64,000 nt of DNA from Somniosus microcephalus. Taxonomy: Eukaryota. Position numbers and translations under genes: made by a program. The DNA is taken from the NCBI GenBank assembly GCA_052327205.1, contig CM126205.1:280984001-281048000 (forward strand). Reading direction: 5' to 3'. The stretch's first letter is position 1. Each line of letters opens with the position of its first letter. The notes under the pieces were generated by a model, which was not told where the DNA came from, did not search any database, and worked only from the letters and a program-made list of their open reading frames with translations. Shown piece after piece: positions 23,369 through 36,059 of this stretch.

Positions 23369-26300
23369 TGTGATAAATCCAGAGAGTGGAACAAGGGACT
23401 CAAAGAGGCTAGATGTTAGAATTAACACGAGTACTTTATTTACAACTGGGAAACACATTTACAGACAGTCTGCATCAGCCTCCTGGCATTCCACCTTGTG
23501 CCGACCTATACAGGAAGCAAACCTCTGACCTTAGCAGCAGCATTGGCTACAGCACCACCTGGTGGATAACCTTAATCATAACATCCCAGATTACTATATC
23601 CCTCCCCCCTTAAGATTTCAGTATGAATTTCTTAACAAACAACCATTCCTGAGGGTCACATAAGGAGTCTCCATTCATCATGTTCCATACTTGACGAATC
23701 TAACAGTTCAGTATCAATCTCTCTGGTGGCTTGCAAGTCCTTCGTGAATGTCTAATAGTAAAGTCCCTGCTTGTTTGTGGTGAAGCCACCAGCTGCTCCT
23801 GAGCAGTGCTCAGAGTATCTGACTCTGCAATGATGGTTTCCTCTTGACGGATAGGTTCCTGTGGAATTATCTCTGTCCCTGGTGGTGGCACCACAGATGC
23901 ACTTGGATAACTGGGGGCAACCCTGTCTTCAGTCATTGCATCTGGAACCTTCATTTCAATTTCCCCTTGTCTGGGAAGTATCTGATGTAAATGTCTGCGT
24001 ACTACCCTACCATCTCCCAACATGACCTAGTATGATACTGGACCTGTCATTGAGTCTATGAAGCCAGGAATCCACTTTGGTCTATAACTGAAATTCCTGG
24101 TAAGGATCGCATCTCCTTCTCCAAAACTTCGGCTCTTTGTTCTTTTGTCATGGTTCTCTTTTTGTTTGTTTTGTCTGTTTTCCATTTTCCTTTTTAGGTC
24201 TGGGTGGACAAGGTCAAGAGTGGAGCGTAGTCTACGACCTAATAACATCTCAGCAGGAGAGAGCCTGTGGTGGATTGAGGTGTTATTCTATAGCTGAACA
24301 GAACCCGTGACACTTTGGCTGCTAAACTCCCTTCTGCACTTTTTTTCATCATCTCCTTAAATGTTTGTACGGCTCTCCATTCGAGGACGGATGATATGGA
24401 GCTGAGGTCACCTGCACTATGCCATTTTTTCTCAAGAACTCTTTAGTCTCTGTACTCAAAAAACAAGTGGCATTGTCATTCACCACGATCTCCGGTAGCC
24501 CTTGATTACTGAAGCTCCGACGCAGGCAGTCTATAGTAGTAGTGGCGGATGCAGAATTTACAGGATAAACATCCATCCATTTGGAATGTGTATCAATGAT
24601 TATGAGGAACATCTTCCCCATGAATGGACCCACATAATCTAAGTGCAATCTTCTCCATGGTTTATCCGGCCACTCCCAGGGGTGGAGAGGAGCTGCTGCT
24701 GGTGCCTTCCAGTGTTCCTGACAAGTGCTGCATGTCTTGACTAGATTTTCTATCTCCTCATCTAGCTTTGGCCACCACAAGTAACTCCTAGCCAAGGCTT
24801 TCATACGCGAGACCCCAGGATGACACTGATGTAGTTGCTCTAGGATAGACTGTTGTGCTGGCTGTGGAATAATCACTCGTGCTCCCCACAACATGCAACC
24901 ATCCTGCACACTCAGTTCTGTTTTCCTGACACTGTAGAGTGTGAAGTCAGCCCCTTCCGGATGCTGTGGCCATCCCCTCACCATATATTCTCGAACTCTA
25001 GACAGTACTGGATCTTTACCTGTCCATGTTCTTACTTGCTCTGCACTCACAAGTGCCGTGTCAATGTCCTCCAACACCAAAACTCTGTCCTCTGGAGCTG
25101 CACGGATAGGTGTGCCTGGCAGTGGAAGACAGCTCAAGGCATCTGCGTTCCCATGGTACTTGCCCGCCTTGTAGAAGATGACATACTCATATGCCCTCAA
25201 CGTCCGGGGTGACAACATCTGTGGAACTGCTTTCATTTCGTTGAAAAGAGAGAGAAGAGGTTTATGATCGGTGCATATGGTGAACTTCCTGCCATATATG
25301 TACTTGTGGAACCTCTGTAACCCAAACATTACTGCTACCCCCTCTTTGTCTAACTGGGAATCGCTTTTTTCCGCAGGTGTTAAGAGTTCGGGACATAAAC
25401 CCTATTGGTCTTTCAGTTCCATCTTCCATGCAGTGTGAAAGAACTGCCCCCACCCCGTAAGGTGAAGCGTCACAAGAGAGAATGATGTCTTTCTCTGCAT
25501 TGTAGTGAACCAGCACATCCGACGACAGCATCAGTTTCTTGGACTGTTCGAATGAAACAACCTGCTCCTCTCCCCACTGCCACTGTGTCTCCTTGCGCAA
25601 TAGTTTGTGAAGAGGTGCTAACACAGTTGACAAGTTTGGTAAAAACCTGTTATAATAGTTCAGCAGTCCCAGGTAAGCTTTTAACTCAGCCACATTTGTA
25701 GGAGCAGGGGCGTCCTGCAGTGCTTGTACCTTCTCCTTGACTGGATGGAGCCCGGTGGCGTCCACTCTGTGTCCCAGGAACACTGCCTCATTCCCCAGGA
25801 AAGTGCACTTACTCCTCTTGAGCCGGAACCCTGCCCTCTCCAATCTCTGTAGTACCTCTCTCAGAGTGCTCAGATGCTCCTGGTCGGTTCTTCCCGTCAC
25901 CAGAATGTCATCCAGATAGATGGAAACATGTGGAATCCCTTGCAGTACACCTTCGATTGTCCTCTGGAAGATAGCTGGACTAGATGAGGCACCAAACGGT
26001 AAGCGGTTATATGTAAACAAGCCCTTGTGTGTATTTATGATGACATACTTCTTTGATTCGTCATCCAGTGTAATCTGCAAGTAGGCATGACTCATATCCA
26101 ACTTTGTGAATTTCTTTCCTCCAGCCAGGTTTGCAAAGAGATCCTCTGTTTTGGGAATAGGATACTGCTCTAGTTTGGACACCCGATTGACAGTCAATTT
26201 ATAGTCTCCACAGAGTCTTACCGAATTGTCCGGTTTAAAACAGGTACTATGGGAGCTGCCCATTCCGAACATTTCACCAGCTCCAGTATGTTCTCTCTCA

Positions 26301-27037
26301 ATAGACGGTGAAGCTCAGCCGCTACCTTTGGCTTCATGGCATAAGGCACAGGTCGTTGTTTAAAAAACCTTGGCGGTGCCTCCTTGTCTACATAAATCTT
26401 AGCTGGGGGGCCATTAAATGTGCCAAGTTCCTCCTTGAACACACTCTCATGTTCACTCAACACTTCTTGCAAAGTCAACTGTTTGCCTGCATCTATTTGA
26501 TGTACTGCTCCCCAGTCTAATTTAAGTTATTTTATCCAGCCCCGACCTAACAGGTTTGGTCCGGTACCCGATACTATAACTACAGTAGCTGTTCCACGGT
26601 GTCCCTGTGTTGCACAGTTACCTTAGCTGTACCTAATGTCGCTACTCATTCACCTGTATATGTTTTAAGATGCAGGGAGCAAGGCTTTAACTCTGGAACT
26701 TTTGCACGGTTGCACAATTTTGAGTACTCTGCCTTGTTCATTATGGTCACGCCGCACCCTGTATCCACTTCAAAGTTCACCTTAGAGTCATTTACTGTCA
26801 GTTGCAATGTGATAGGGGCCACTTTTGGAATGTTCTCTAACATGCTATACATTATGAACATGTGCTCTTCTCCCTCAGCTTCCCCGCTGATGTGGTGTGC
26901 TCCATGTTTTTTCACTTCTCTCCCTTGGTTTTGCTGTCCTCCCCCTTTTGGTTTGGATTCCTCCACAGGTGATTTCGCCCTGCAAGCTCATTTTATGTGT
27001 CCTTGTTTCCCACACTTGTAGCACTTTTCCTCCAGAA
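23369..27037 (-). mobile_element. Gypsy LTR retrotransposon of Mag type, decayed and 5'-truncated
   Basis: 3' LTR 23369-23598; PPT 23599-23610; fragments CYKCGKQGH, FEVDTG, RLCGDYKLTVN, YLDD, CDASPYG, integrase HPGVSRMK; frameshifts; no 5' LTR. Confidence 0.88.
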
Positions 27038-27673
27038 GCTGGCAGTGGCTGAGTCCTGAGAATAGCCAGGTTGTGCAGCATGCAGCACACTACAACGAAA
27101 TGGGAGACTCGCTCAGGCGAGTACTGAAGGGCTCCCCGGAATGGTCCAGACAGCGGAACCGTTGCTTTAGCACACCGCTATTCTTGCAAATCCCATTGCG
27201 CGCTCCTGCTGCTTGTCCAGGGTCATGGGGTAGGAAATGTACTGATGTCTCCTTTTGAAGAGGGCATTTGTGACTTGGCGGATGCAGCAATGCACCGCGA
27301 ACTGGGAGACATTGGCAATGTCCCCAATAGCGGATTGGAAGGAGCCGGTGGCATCGAAGTTGAGAGCCACTGTCACCTTCACTACCACCGACAGAGACGT
27401 CCTGCTTCTCAGCTGAGGCTGCAGATTTCTCTGAAGCAGGTGGCAGATCTCAGTGACCACCTCCCTTCTGAATCGAAGCCTCCGAATGCACTGCTCCTCA
27501 GACATGTTGAGGTAGGAAAAGTGCTGGCGGTATACCCTGGGAGGGTAAGGCCTCCTGTGCCGACGCCTGTTGGCCCTTCTCCGTCTGGCCATGATTGGCA
27601 CTTTCTCTCGGCGTCTCTGAGCCCTTTCAATGCAATGCAGAAACCCAACGTTTCCACCCATTGCAGCCCCCAT
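27038..27673 (-). pseudogene. Harbinger transposase (copy B): N-terminus plus internally deleted C-terminal piece
   Basis: MGAAMGG...RPYPPRVYR...SEEQCIRRLRF; 27038-27177 repeats 22802-22941 and 27178-27251 repeats 23295-23368, with substitutions. Confidence 0.85.
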
Positions 27674-28989
27674 TATATGTGGCCACTCAAGGCTATGGCA
27701 CTGAAAAATCAATCCAACTGCAAAGCTCTGGCCTGAAGCCAGAAGTACCTGTGCGAGCGCTGAGTCAAAGCAGAAAGCTCTCTCCCTTTGTCTCTTTCCA
27801 AATCTCTCTCTCACGCAGAAGGAGTGGTTCAAAATGGCTACCACAAAGAATGCAGAAAGTGTCCCCTTTAAATAGCGCCCCCCCAGTCCCACAGCGACTG
27901 GGAACCGTTCCACTCAACCAGTCGCTGCGAGCGCCAGGCGGAAAGGGGGGCACCACTGAAGTTCCGGTTCGGGGCGTACCAAGGGCGTTGCACCATGAAA
28001 TGACGTCAGGATCTGCGCGCGCAGCTGAGCGGGCGTTGCGGTTTTGCGCCGCCGCTAAATCTTCACTCAAGTTCGCGAGAGGCGCAGATCGCGCTGCGCC
28101 CAGGCGCTAGCCACTTCGCGCCCCACTTATCGCCCTCTTAAGGTGCTAACGGCTGGCGCTACCAACTGAATTTCTAGGCCATGGGTTTTTATGTCTATCT
28201 GATCAAAAAGACCAAGCAACATGAAATAAACATTGAAAAAGATTCAGACTATCAAGGTACATGTCTAATTTAATTTTAATTGGATTAGCCTTTTGGTTGG
28301 GTGCCTATTATGCGGCTGCTAATTTCCCTATATTAGCAATGAACATTGAATGCGATTCAGAAGTTGTCTGTTACAGGTACAGTTGTCAAATATATATTTA
28401 CTAGCAGAATGTCTGTGGCATTTGCTCATGGTAAGTTAAATCATAGGATGTTTTATAACAAGCATATTATACCATGTTTCCATAGTGCAGCTGTGTTTAC
28501 CTTAGCCAGTTCCTTCAAGGCTACAACATATAATTACTGCAAATAGGCAAAATTTGAGGAAAACTGCTTTTGCTGAGTGAAGTATGCACTCATAATTTTG
28601 CCATACTTAGCTCACAGAGTAACTCACCTCTCAAGATTAGAACACTGAATTGATTGCATTAACACTAGATTGATAACTGAATTCAATTGCTGCACATCTG
28701 GAAATAAATGCCATACTGTGATTATTCCTCTTTTGGTTTAGAATAATAGTGCAAAACTATGTTAATCGCACATGAACTCATGATGAGATTATTCCAATCA
28801 TTACAGGTGTTACAAAATATTATTTTTTACTGTCTATTTAAGAAATTTGTTTACTACTAGGCACAATTTTCATGTTACACTAAACAATTCTCATGATGTG
28901 AATGATGTAACAATTTTAGTACGCTGAAATTAGTTTAATGTTTTTCCTTGAATACTACACTTTTCCTTATTATACATTAACAGACATAT

Positions 28990-29581
28990 GCCTTTGTTAC
29001 CTCTAGACTTGACTATTCTAATGCACTCCTGGCTGGCCTCCTACATTCTACCCTACATAAACTTGAGGTAATCCAAAACTTGGCTGCCCGTGTCCTAACT
29101 CGCACCAAGTCCCATTCGCCCATCTCCTCTGTGCTCGCTGACCTACACTGGCTCCTGGTTAAGCAGCACATCGATTTCAAAATTCTCATCCTTGTTTTCA
29201 AATCCCTCCACGGCCTCGCCCCTCCCTATCTCTGTAATCTCCGTCAACCCCACAACCCCCCGAGATATCTGCACTCCTCTAATTCTGCCCTTTTGAGCAT
29301 CCCTGATTATAATTGCTCAACTTTTGGTGGCTGTGCTTTCTGTTGCCTAGGCCCTAAGCTCTGGAATTCCCGGCCTAAACCTCTCCGCCTCGCTACCTCT
29401 CTTTCCTCCTTTAAGACGCTCCTTAAAACCTACCTCTTTGACCAAGCTTTTGGTCACCTGCCCTAATTTATCCTTATGTGGCTCGGTGTCAAATTCTTTG
29501 TCTTATAATACTCCTCTGCAGTGCCTTGGGACGTTTTACTACGTTAAAGGCACTATATAAATACAAGTTGTTGTTGTTGTT
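28990..29581 (+). mobile_element. L2 LINE 3' end
   Basis: VTSRLDYSNALLAGL...LHWLLVKQHIDFKIL...APPYL...FKTLLKTYLF; tail ctatataaatacaa(GTT)n. Confidence 0.88.
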
Positions 29582-30825
29582 ATTAGCCCACATTGTGTGG
29601 TGTGGTTAAATAGACAATTTGATTTCAACTCCTTATATTAACTAAATATCACCCCACGTGTGAATGCACACACATTCAGCGAGCCAACAGAGACACAATG
29701 AGCTAAATTAACTCTTTCTGTGCTGTAAAATTCTATGATTTCACAAAAAAAGTGGAAAGAATGAATGAGTGAGTAGCAAAATAACATTATCTTAGTTTGG
29801 AAGGAAAATTAAATGCAAGAACAAATTAAGACAAGACTAGGAGGAAAAGAAAGAGTAATAAAAATAATGTGGTCACAAATAATTTGCTAATTTGCTTTAT
29901 AAATTGGGTGATGTGTGTCTTTCATTAAACCTACTGAGATCTTGCAAACAGTATTGAAGCAACCCTTAACCAAATCACTGTTTGGATTTGTGGTGCCTGA
30001 GTAAAAGATTCATTGAAGTCAAGAATCATTTGTGAGTTCCTCCCCTAAACCCTTTCTCATGCATCAATGTTTTTTGTTAAGGTTTGCATAGTCTTCAAAA
30101 TCCTCTGTTAATTTGTATCACAATGATCTGCCCACTTGCTATTAATCTTTTCAGAATTTTGTACAAGTTTTCCTAAATTAGGTCATTGTTATTCTTATGC
30201 ACAACACTAATTCTAAATAAAAACTACAAAAGGATAGATGATCCTTGTCAGACTGGCATGCAAAAAACTGTCTGCATTTGATTCACTAGATTCTTAACTA
30301 GCTATCTATATTACAAAGTATAGTGTTGCTCCCAAACATACTTCTGGCAATGGATTGTTCAAAAAAGGAATTGAACTGTTATCTCAAATCTATAAACTTA
30401 TCAGCAGCTTTTCAGATTTCTGATAAGTGTATTGAATGCAGGAGACATAATAAGCATAAAAGGTATTTTTTTAGTTCAACTTAATAGGTGTACTGTATTT
30501 CTACAGTGAAAAAGTAATAAAAAATTCTGTTACTTTTTCATTAAACTTTAATCCTTTGCAATTGTGCATGTATTCCAAGGGTCACACAATAATATGTATA
30601 CAAAATTTAAATACTACAGAAGTTTTAATTTTGTTTTGACTACTGTTAAGAAAACCAGAAGAGCTAAATATGAAGTTAGTTTGGTGTTGACATGACAGCT
30701 TAATGAATATGCTGTGGCTTGGCTCACTTTACAACAACATACACTTATATAGCAACTTTAGCAGACTAAAATGTCCCAAGGTACTTCAAAAGGCAGAAAA
30801 TAACTGGAGACCAAGAAATTGAGGA

Positions 30826-30917
30826 AAACAAAAGCAAAATACTGTAGATGCTGGAAATCTGAAATAAAAACAGAAAATGCTGGAAATACTCAGCCAGTCA
30901 GGCAATATCTGTGGAAA
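30826..30917 (-). mobile_element. Penelope pLTR fragment
   Basis: Reverse complement of the 3105-3161 pLTR sequence plus its continuation. Confidence 0.6.
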
Positions 30918-31287
30918 GACGAAAGGGAAGTTCTGCTACAACTGTACAGGATATTGGTGAGACTACACCTTGAGTACTGTGTACAGTTTTGGTCTCCTTA
31001 TTTAAGGAAGGATATACTTGCATTGGAGGCAGTTCAGAGACGATTCACTAGGTTAATTCCAGAGATGAGGGGTTTGACTTATGAGGAAAGGTTGAGCAAG
31101 CTGGGCCTATACTCATTGGAATTTAGAAGAATGAGAGGTGATCTTATTGAAACATATAAGATACTGAGAGGGCACGACAAGTTGATGCAGAGAGGATGTT
31201 TACCCTCGTGGGGAAATCTAGAACGTGGGGGCACAGTTTTAGAATAAAGGGTCGCCCTTATAGAACTGAGATGAGGAGGAATTTCTC
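30918..31287 (+). mobile_element. CR1 LINE fragment
   Basis: EVLLQLYRILVRLHLEYCVQFWSPYLRKD...RRMRGDLIETYK. Confidence 0.85.
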
Positions 31288-32009
31288 AAGTGTTCCAGGT
31301 GTGGGTGCAAGATATTTGGAGTGGAACTCAATGGGGAGGCTTGTCCCCTTTCATGGCGATGACACTGGAATAGCTGGGTATGGCATGATGACATTAGGCG
31401 TCCCACAATGCAGCACTTACACATCAGTTGACATCAACACCCTTAATGAATCAAGCATACATTGGACGCTAGGATTAAGTCCTGGCTGAAGTGGGCCCTG
31501 CAGTTTTTATAGTGTTGGTTTTCTTGTGGCAATCAGATGCAGATTGGTCAATTGCCACTTTTTATAGTATAATATTTAAATTCTGGGCCTTTGGGGACTT
31601 CTTTAAACTTCATTTGACATGCTACCTCATAGACTATGACAAGGCACTGTGGTGATTTTCTTCCACCTTCCTGGCCCAGTCAGGCTGGATGCCATAATTG
31701 TGCCAAAATGGCATGATCACTTGCCCAACATATGTAAATTCACTGATGCCAGGATTTCAGATAGGGGTCAACATCAGAACCAGACAGAGAGAAGTCCCAG
31801 GGAACTACCTGGAGTTTCAGGGTTCATATCTATGAATAGTAATATAGAAGTTTAATCCCATGCATTTACCAACTATTTTGTATTAGTTTAAAATTGCTCA
31901 GCTCTAAATCACTTTGCCCTAATTCTATTGTGGTGATTAAATGGACCAATTGAAGACGTTCACAAAACAACAAATGATGCAATTTTTCATTTCTTGGTTC
32001 ACTACTTAC

Positions 32010-32169
32010 CTAAATTCAAGCCCTGGATGAGAAGTCCCTGTGATAGTACAAATGCAAGGCTTTGAGTTAAACTGCGAGATGACAAGTTGTAGCTTAATTT
32101 GAGCTGTAGCACGATCAGAGGGTGTGTATGTGACAACAATCTCAACTTGTCCATTAGCTGGTATTATTC
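32010..32169 (-). CDS. cfap221: Internal coding exon of cilia- and flagella-associated protein 221 (PCDP1), 160 bp, phase 1 to 2
   Basis: cccacAG|...|GTAAGT; encodes (G)IIPANGQVEIVVTYTPSDRATAQIKLQLVISQFNSKPCICTITGTSHPGLEF, recognised as CFAP221 (GIIPANG...TAQIK.QL.ISQFNS.P); phase matches exon 48818-48921. Confidence 0.88.
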
Positions 32170-32247
32170 CTGTGGGTCAAACAAAATCCAATCATCAAAC
32201 ATTTACATTTATAAAAATGTTACATGACTTACAATAGGTATGATATT

Positions 32248-32589
32248 GGCAGGAATTTTCTGGGGCGTTCTCCCCATAACCTTTGATAGATGCATAAACA
32301 GTGTTTCTGCCGGTCTTCTGTCGAAGTTATGGTGGCCGATTGGGTGAATCCCTAGGAAATTCCCGGTGAAACAGTATACTACCATCCTCTCACAAAAGAC
32401 ATCCACCAGGTTCACTAAGTTTTTAAAACATTTGTGCTCTAAGCGGTCATGGCATGACACCTCAGTAACAGGAGGAACACTAAAACATAACAGGAAATGA
32501 TAAAGGAACTCCAGGCCAAACAAGATCATGAAGAAGTGCAAGGGGTGAGCCATGGGGAGCTTTGTCTGTGCAGGCAGAAAATTCTTTTA
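32248..32589. mobile_element. Probable Harbinger-type MITE
   Basis: ATT|GGCAGGAATTTTCTG ... CAGAAAATTCTTTTA; degenerate right end. Confidence 0.45.
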
Positions 32590-32626
32590 AAAAATGAGAA
32601 AATCTATAGCTTTAGTACATTGACAC

Positions 32627-34205
32627 GGGTGACAGCCGTGGCTCAGTTGGTAGCACCCCCCTTGCCACTGAGTTGAAGCCCATGGAATAAAAGGGACAGT
32701 GGCAGTATGGATACGAAATTGGCTAAGTGACAGGAAACAGAGAGTAGTGGTGAATGGTTGTTTTTCGGACTGGAGGACAGTATACAGTGGTGTTCCCCAG
32801 GGGTTGGTTCTAGGACCACTGTTTTTCTTGATATATATTAATGACTTGGACGTGGGTGTACAGGGCACAATTTCAAAATTTGCAGATGACACAAAACTTA
32901 GAAGTATAGTGAACAGTGAGGAGGAGAGTGATAGACTTTAGGAAGACATAGACAGGCTGGCGAAATGGGCGGACACATGGCAGATGAAATTTAATGCAGA
33001 AAAGTGCGAAGTGATACATTTTGGTAGAAAGAATGAGGAGAGGACATATAAACTAAATGGTATAATCCTAAAGGGGGTGCACGAACAGAGAGACCTAGGG
33101 GTATGTGTGCACAAATCGTTGAAGGTGGCAGGACAGGTTGAGAAAGCAGTTAAAAATGCTTACAGGATCCTGGGCTTCATAAATAGAGGTATAGAGTACA
33201 AAAGTGTGGAAATTATGATGAACCTGTATAAAACACTGGTTCGGCCCCAACTGGAGTATTGTGTCCAATTCTGGGCACCACACTTTAGGAAGGATGTGAA
33301 GGCCTTAGAGAAGGTGCAGAAAAGATTTATGAGAATGATTCTAGGAATGAGGGACTTCAGTTACGTTGATAGACTGGAGAAGCTGGGGTTGTTCTCCTTG
33401 GAGCAGAGAAGATTGAGAGGAGATTTGATAGAGGTGTTCAAAATCATGAGGGGTCTGGACAGAGTAGATAGAGAGAAACTGTTCCCATTGGCAGAAGGGT
33501 CGAGAACCAGAGGACACAGATTTAAGGTGATTGGCAAAAGAACCAAAGGCAACGTAAGAAAAAACTTTTTAGGCAGCGAGTGGTTAAGATCTGGGACGCG
33601 CTGCCTGAAAGGGTGGTGAAGGCAGACTCAATTTTATCTTTTAAAAGGGAGTTGGATAAGTATCTGAAGCAAAAAAATTTGCAGGGCTACAGGGAAAGGG
33701 CAGGGGAGTGGGACTAGCTGAGAGTCGGCACGGACTTGAGGGGCCAAATGGCCTTCTTCCGTGCTGTAACCATTCTATGATTCTATCCTATGAGTCAGAA
33801 GGTTGTGAGTTCAAGTCCCATTCCAGAGACTTGAGCACAAAAATCTAGCTTGCCATTTCAGTGCAGTACTGAGGGAGTGTTGCAATGTCAGAGGTGCCAT
33901 CTTTCAGAGGAAACGTTAACCCGAGGCCCCATCTGCTCTCTCATGTCGACGTAAAAGATCCCATGGCAATATTCTGAAGAAGAGCAGGGGAGTTATCCCC
34001 GGTGTCCTGACCAATATTTATCCCTCAATCAACAGCACTAAAAACAGATTATCTGGTCATTATCACATTGCTGTTTGTGGGAGTTGGCTGCCGCGTTTCC
34101 TACATTACAACAGTAACTATACTTCAAAAAGTACTTAATTGGCTGTAAAGTGCTTTGGGACGTCCGGTGGTTGTGAAAGACGCTATATAAATGCAACTTT
34201 TTCTC
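32627..34205 (+). mobile_element. DeuSINE (SacSINE1-like) split by CR1 between its A and B boxes (32627-32673, 33787-34205)
   Basis: Same family as 16808-17270; degenerate TSD ccactgagt/cctatgagt. Confidence 0.85.
32674..33786 (+). mobile_element. CR1 LINE, 5'-truncated
   Basis: SGVPQGLVLGP, SKFADDTKL, LVRPQLEYCVQFW; (TTCTATGA)n tail. Confidence 0.92.
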
Positions 34206-34334
34206 TCTTTATTGATGATTTCTCATTCATTTAACCTTTAAATATGAAATACCAAATTACCACGAAAATTGGCAGTGTGATTCTGAGGATCTGTATCTAC
34301 AGGTCAGCTTGCTGTAGGTACACTTAGCTATGAA

Positions 34335-35215
34335 TTGATGTGAATCAGATATGATTTGAAGTCTGTTGAAAGGGAAGGAGACCTGGCTGTTATAGTGCAT
34401 GAGTGTCTAAAGGTTCACGGCCAGTACCGAGAGGCTATAGCAAAAGCAAATAAGAATATTAGGATTTATAGCTAGGACGATTCAATATAAAACAAAATGC
34501 ACCATAATGACCTTAGTTAGGCCCCATCTAGAATATTGTGTCTAGTTCATGTTGCCTCATATATAGAGATATAGAGGTCCTGGAAAAGGTTTGGAGCAGG
34601 GCTACTACATTGATATCTATTTTAAAAACACTCTAGTTTTAAAACACTTTCACAGTAGGCTCAGGAATCTGGGTCTTTAGTCTATAAAAGCATAGACTTT
34701 GAGGAGCCTTGATTGAAGTATTTAAAACGATGACAAGACTGTGTACAATTGGTTAGATTATTTGAATTAGATAGGGAGAATGAGGGGACATGTGTACAAG
34801 CTATGTAAGCATAGAACTATGCTAGTTGTCAGGAGGTTTTACTTTTCCAAGAGGATCTTTGACCTTTGGAGTAGGTTGCCGACTCTTGAAGTGGAGGCAG
34901 ATTCACAGCAAACATTCAAAAGAGAGCTGGATGAGTTCCTGGAGGAGGCTGATATCAATGCATACAATGTTGGACGGGATATTGGATAACAAACTGTTAT
35001 CTCCTGGAACTTGTTTTCGATCACCTTTGGGGGTCGGAGAAGAATTTTCCAGAATTCCTTTTTCCCTGAAATGCCCTAGGGTTTTCTTATCTTTTTTTTT
35101 GCCTCTCACAGGACATTACATGGCTGTTGCTGGGTGGGGGTCATGTTGCCTGATTGCAACATAGCAGAATGGGGCAGACTTGATGGACCAGATGGTTTTT
35201 CTCGTATGTTTGTAT
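34335..35215 (+). mobile_element. Old degraded CR1-clade LINE 3' part
   Basis: Decayed ORF2 C-terminus (MRGHVYKL...FYFSKRIFDLWSRLP); boundaries approximate. Confidence 0.65.
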
Positions 35216-36059
35216 GACATGAAAGATCACTTGTTATTGTAAACCTATTTTATTGTATTGTATACGCAGTATTTCTGGTGGCTGAAATTAAATGAAGGAA
35301 GCAAATCTGAAAAGGTAAAATTAAATAGTATTGTATCCTCCTATATTTCAAATGTCTACATTTATATCAGAAATATTTAGGATTCCCTAAAATTATTCTG
35401 TATAATTTGTAAATATATAAATTTAAAATGAAGCAACAAGTAATTACAATTTGTTGAAAGGTGTGTATGTGACCTAGTATAGAACAGTATATTAGGTCAA
35501 CTTTGTGCATGATTTAATAAAAGTTCCTACGGAATTTTATATGGCTGGTTTAGTGCTCTAACAATAATTTATTGACTTGAATGGTTATTTGCATGCTTAC
35601 TCCCAGGGACCTGGGAGTTAATGTGCATAGGTCCCTGAAGGTGGTGAGACATATTGAGAGAGTGGTTAGCAAAGCATATGGGATCTTGTGCTTCATAAAT
35701 AGAGGTATTGGGGAAAAATTCAGTATCACCCCATTTGGGGCGCAATTATCGGCCGGGCGCAAAGTTTAGCGCCTGGTGCTAATTATCGCCTCCGACGGCA
35801 AACTTGGCTTTTATCGCCCCTGGAGGTGATTGGAGCGCTAAATCAGGCGCTACTCACCTCTCTTAAGGCGCTACGACCGAGGTGCGAGGCACTACCTCAG
35901 AGGGCGGGCGCAGCACAGGTGCTGCCAGTTAGTGATTGAACACAGACACACTGGCGCCGGTCAGTTCTTAAAGGGGAGGGTCGATCTTGCTCTGCAGCCA
36001 CACCCTGCTCATTGGAGCCTTGAATCTCGGCCTATGGCTAAATCTAGCAGCCAAACACT

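Larger units (their letters stand above)
19872..28180. mobile_element. Harbinger H2 (apparently a fusion of two copies), containing a Gypsy insertion
   Basis: Perfect 16-bp TIR GGCCTAGAAATTCAGT; flanks TTG/ATG; Myb gene on +, transposase on -; duplicated transposase segments. Confidence 0.88.

Noticed and set aside
28628-28697. Candidate minus-strand exon with strong splice sites (VQQLNSVINLVLMQSIQCSNLE)
   Set aside because: The only open frame starts in phase 1, incompatible with the upstream exon ending in phase 2; no recognisable homology.
32233-32479. Apparent 247-bp minus-strand exon within ORF 32209-32553, with AG and GTAAGT sites
   Set aside because: Lies mostly inside a TIR-bounded MITE, its phase is incompatible with the cfap221 exon at 32169, and the peptide is not CFAP221-like.
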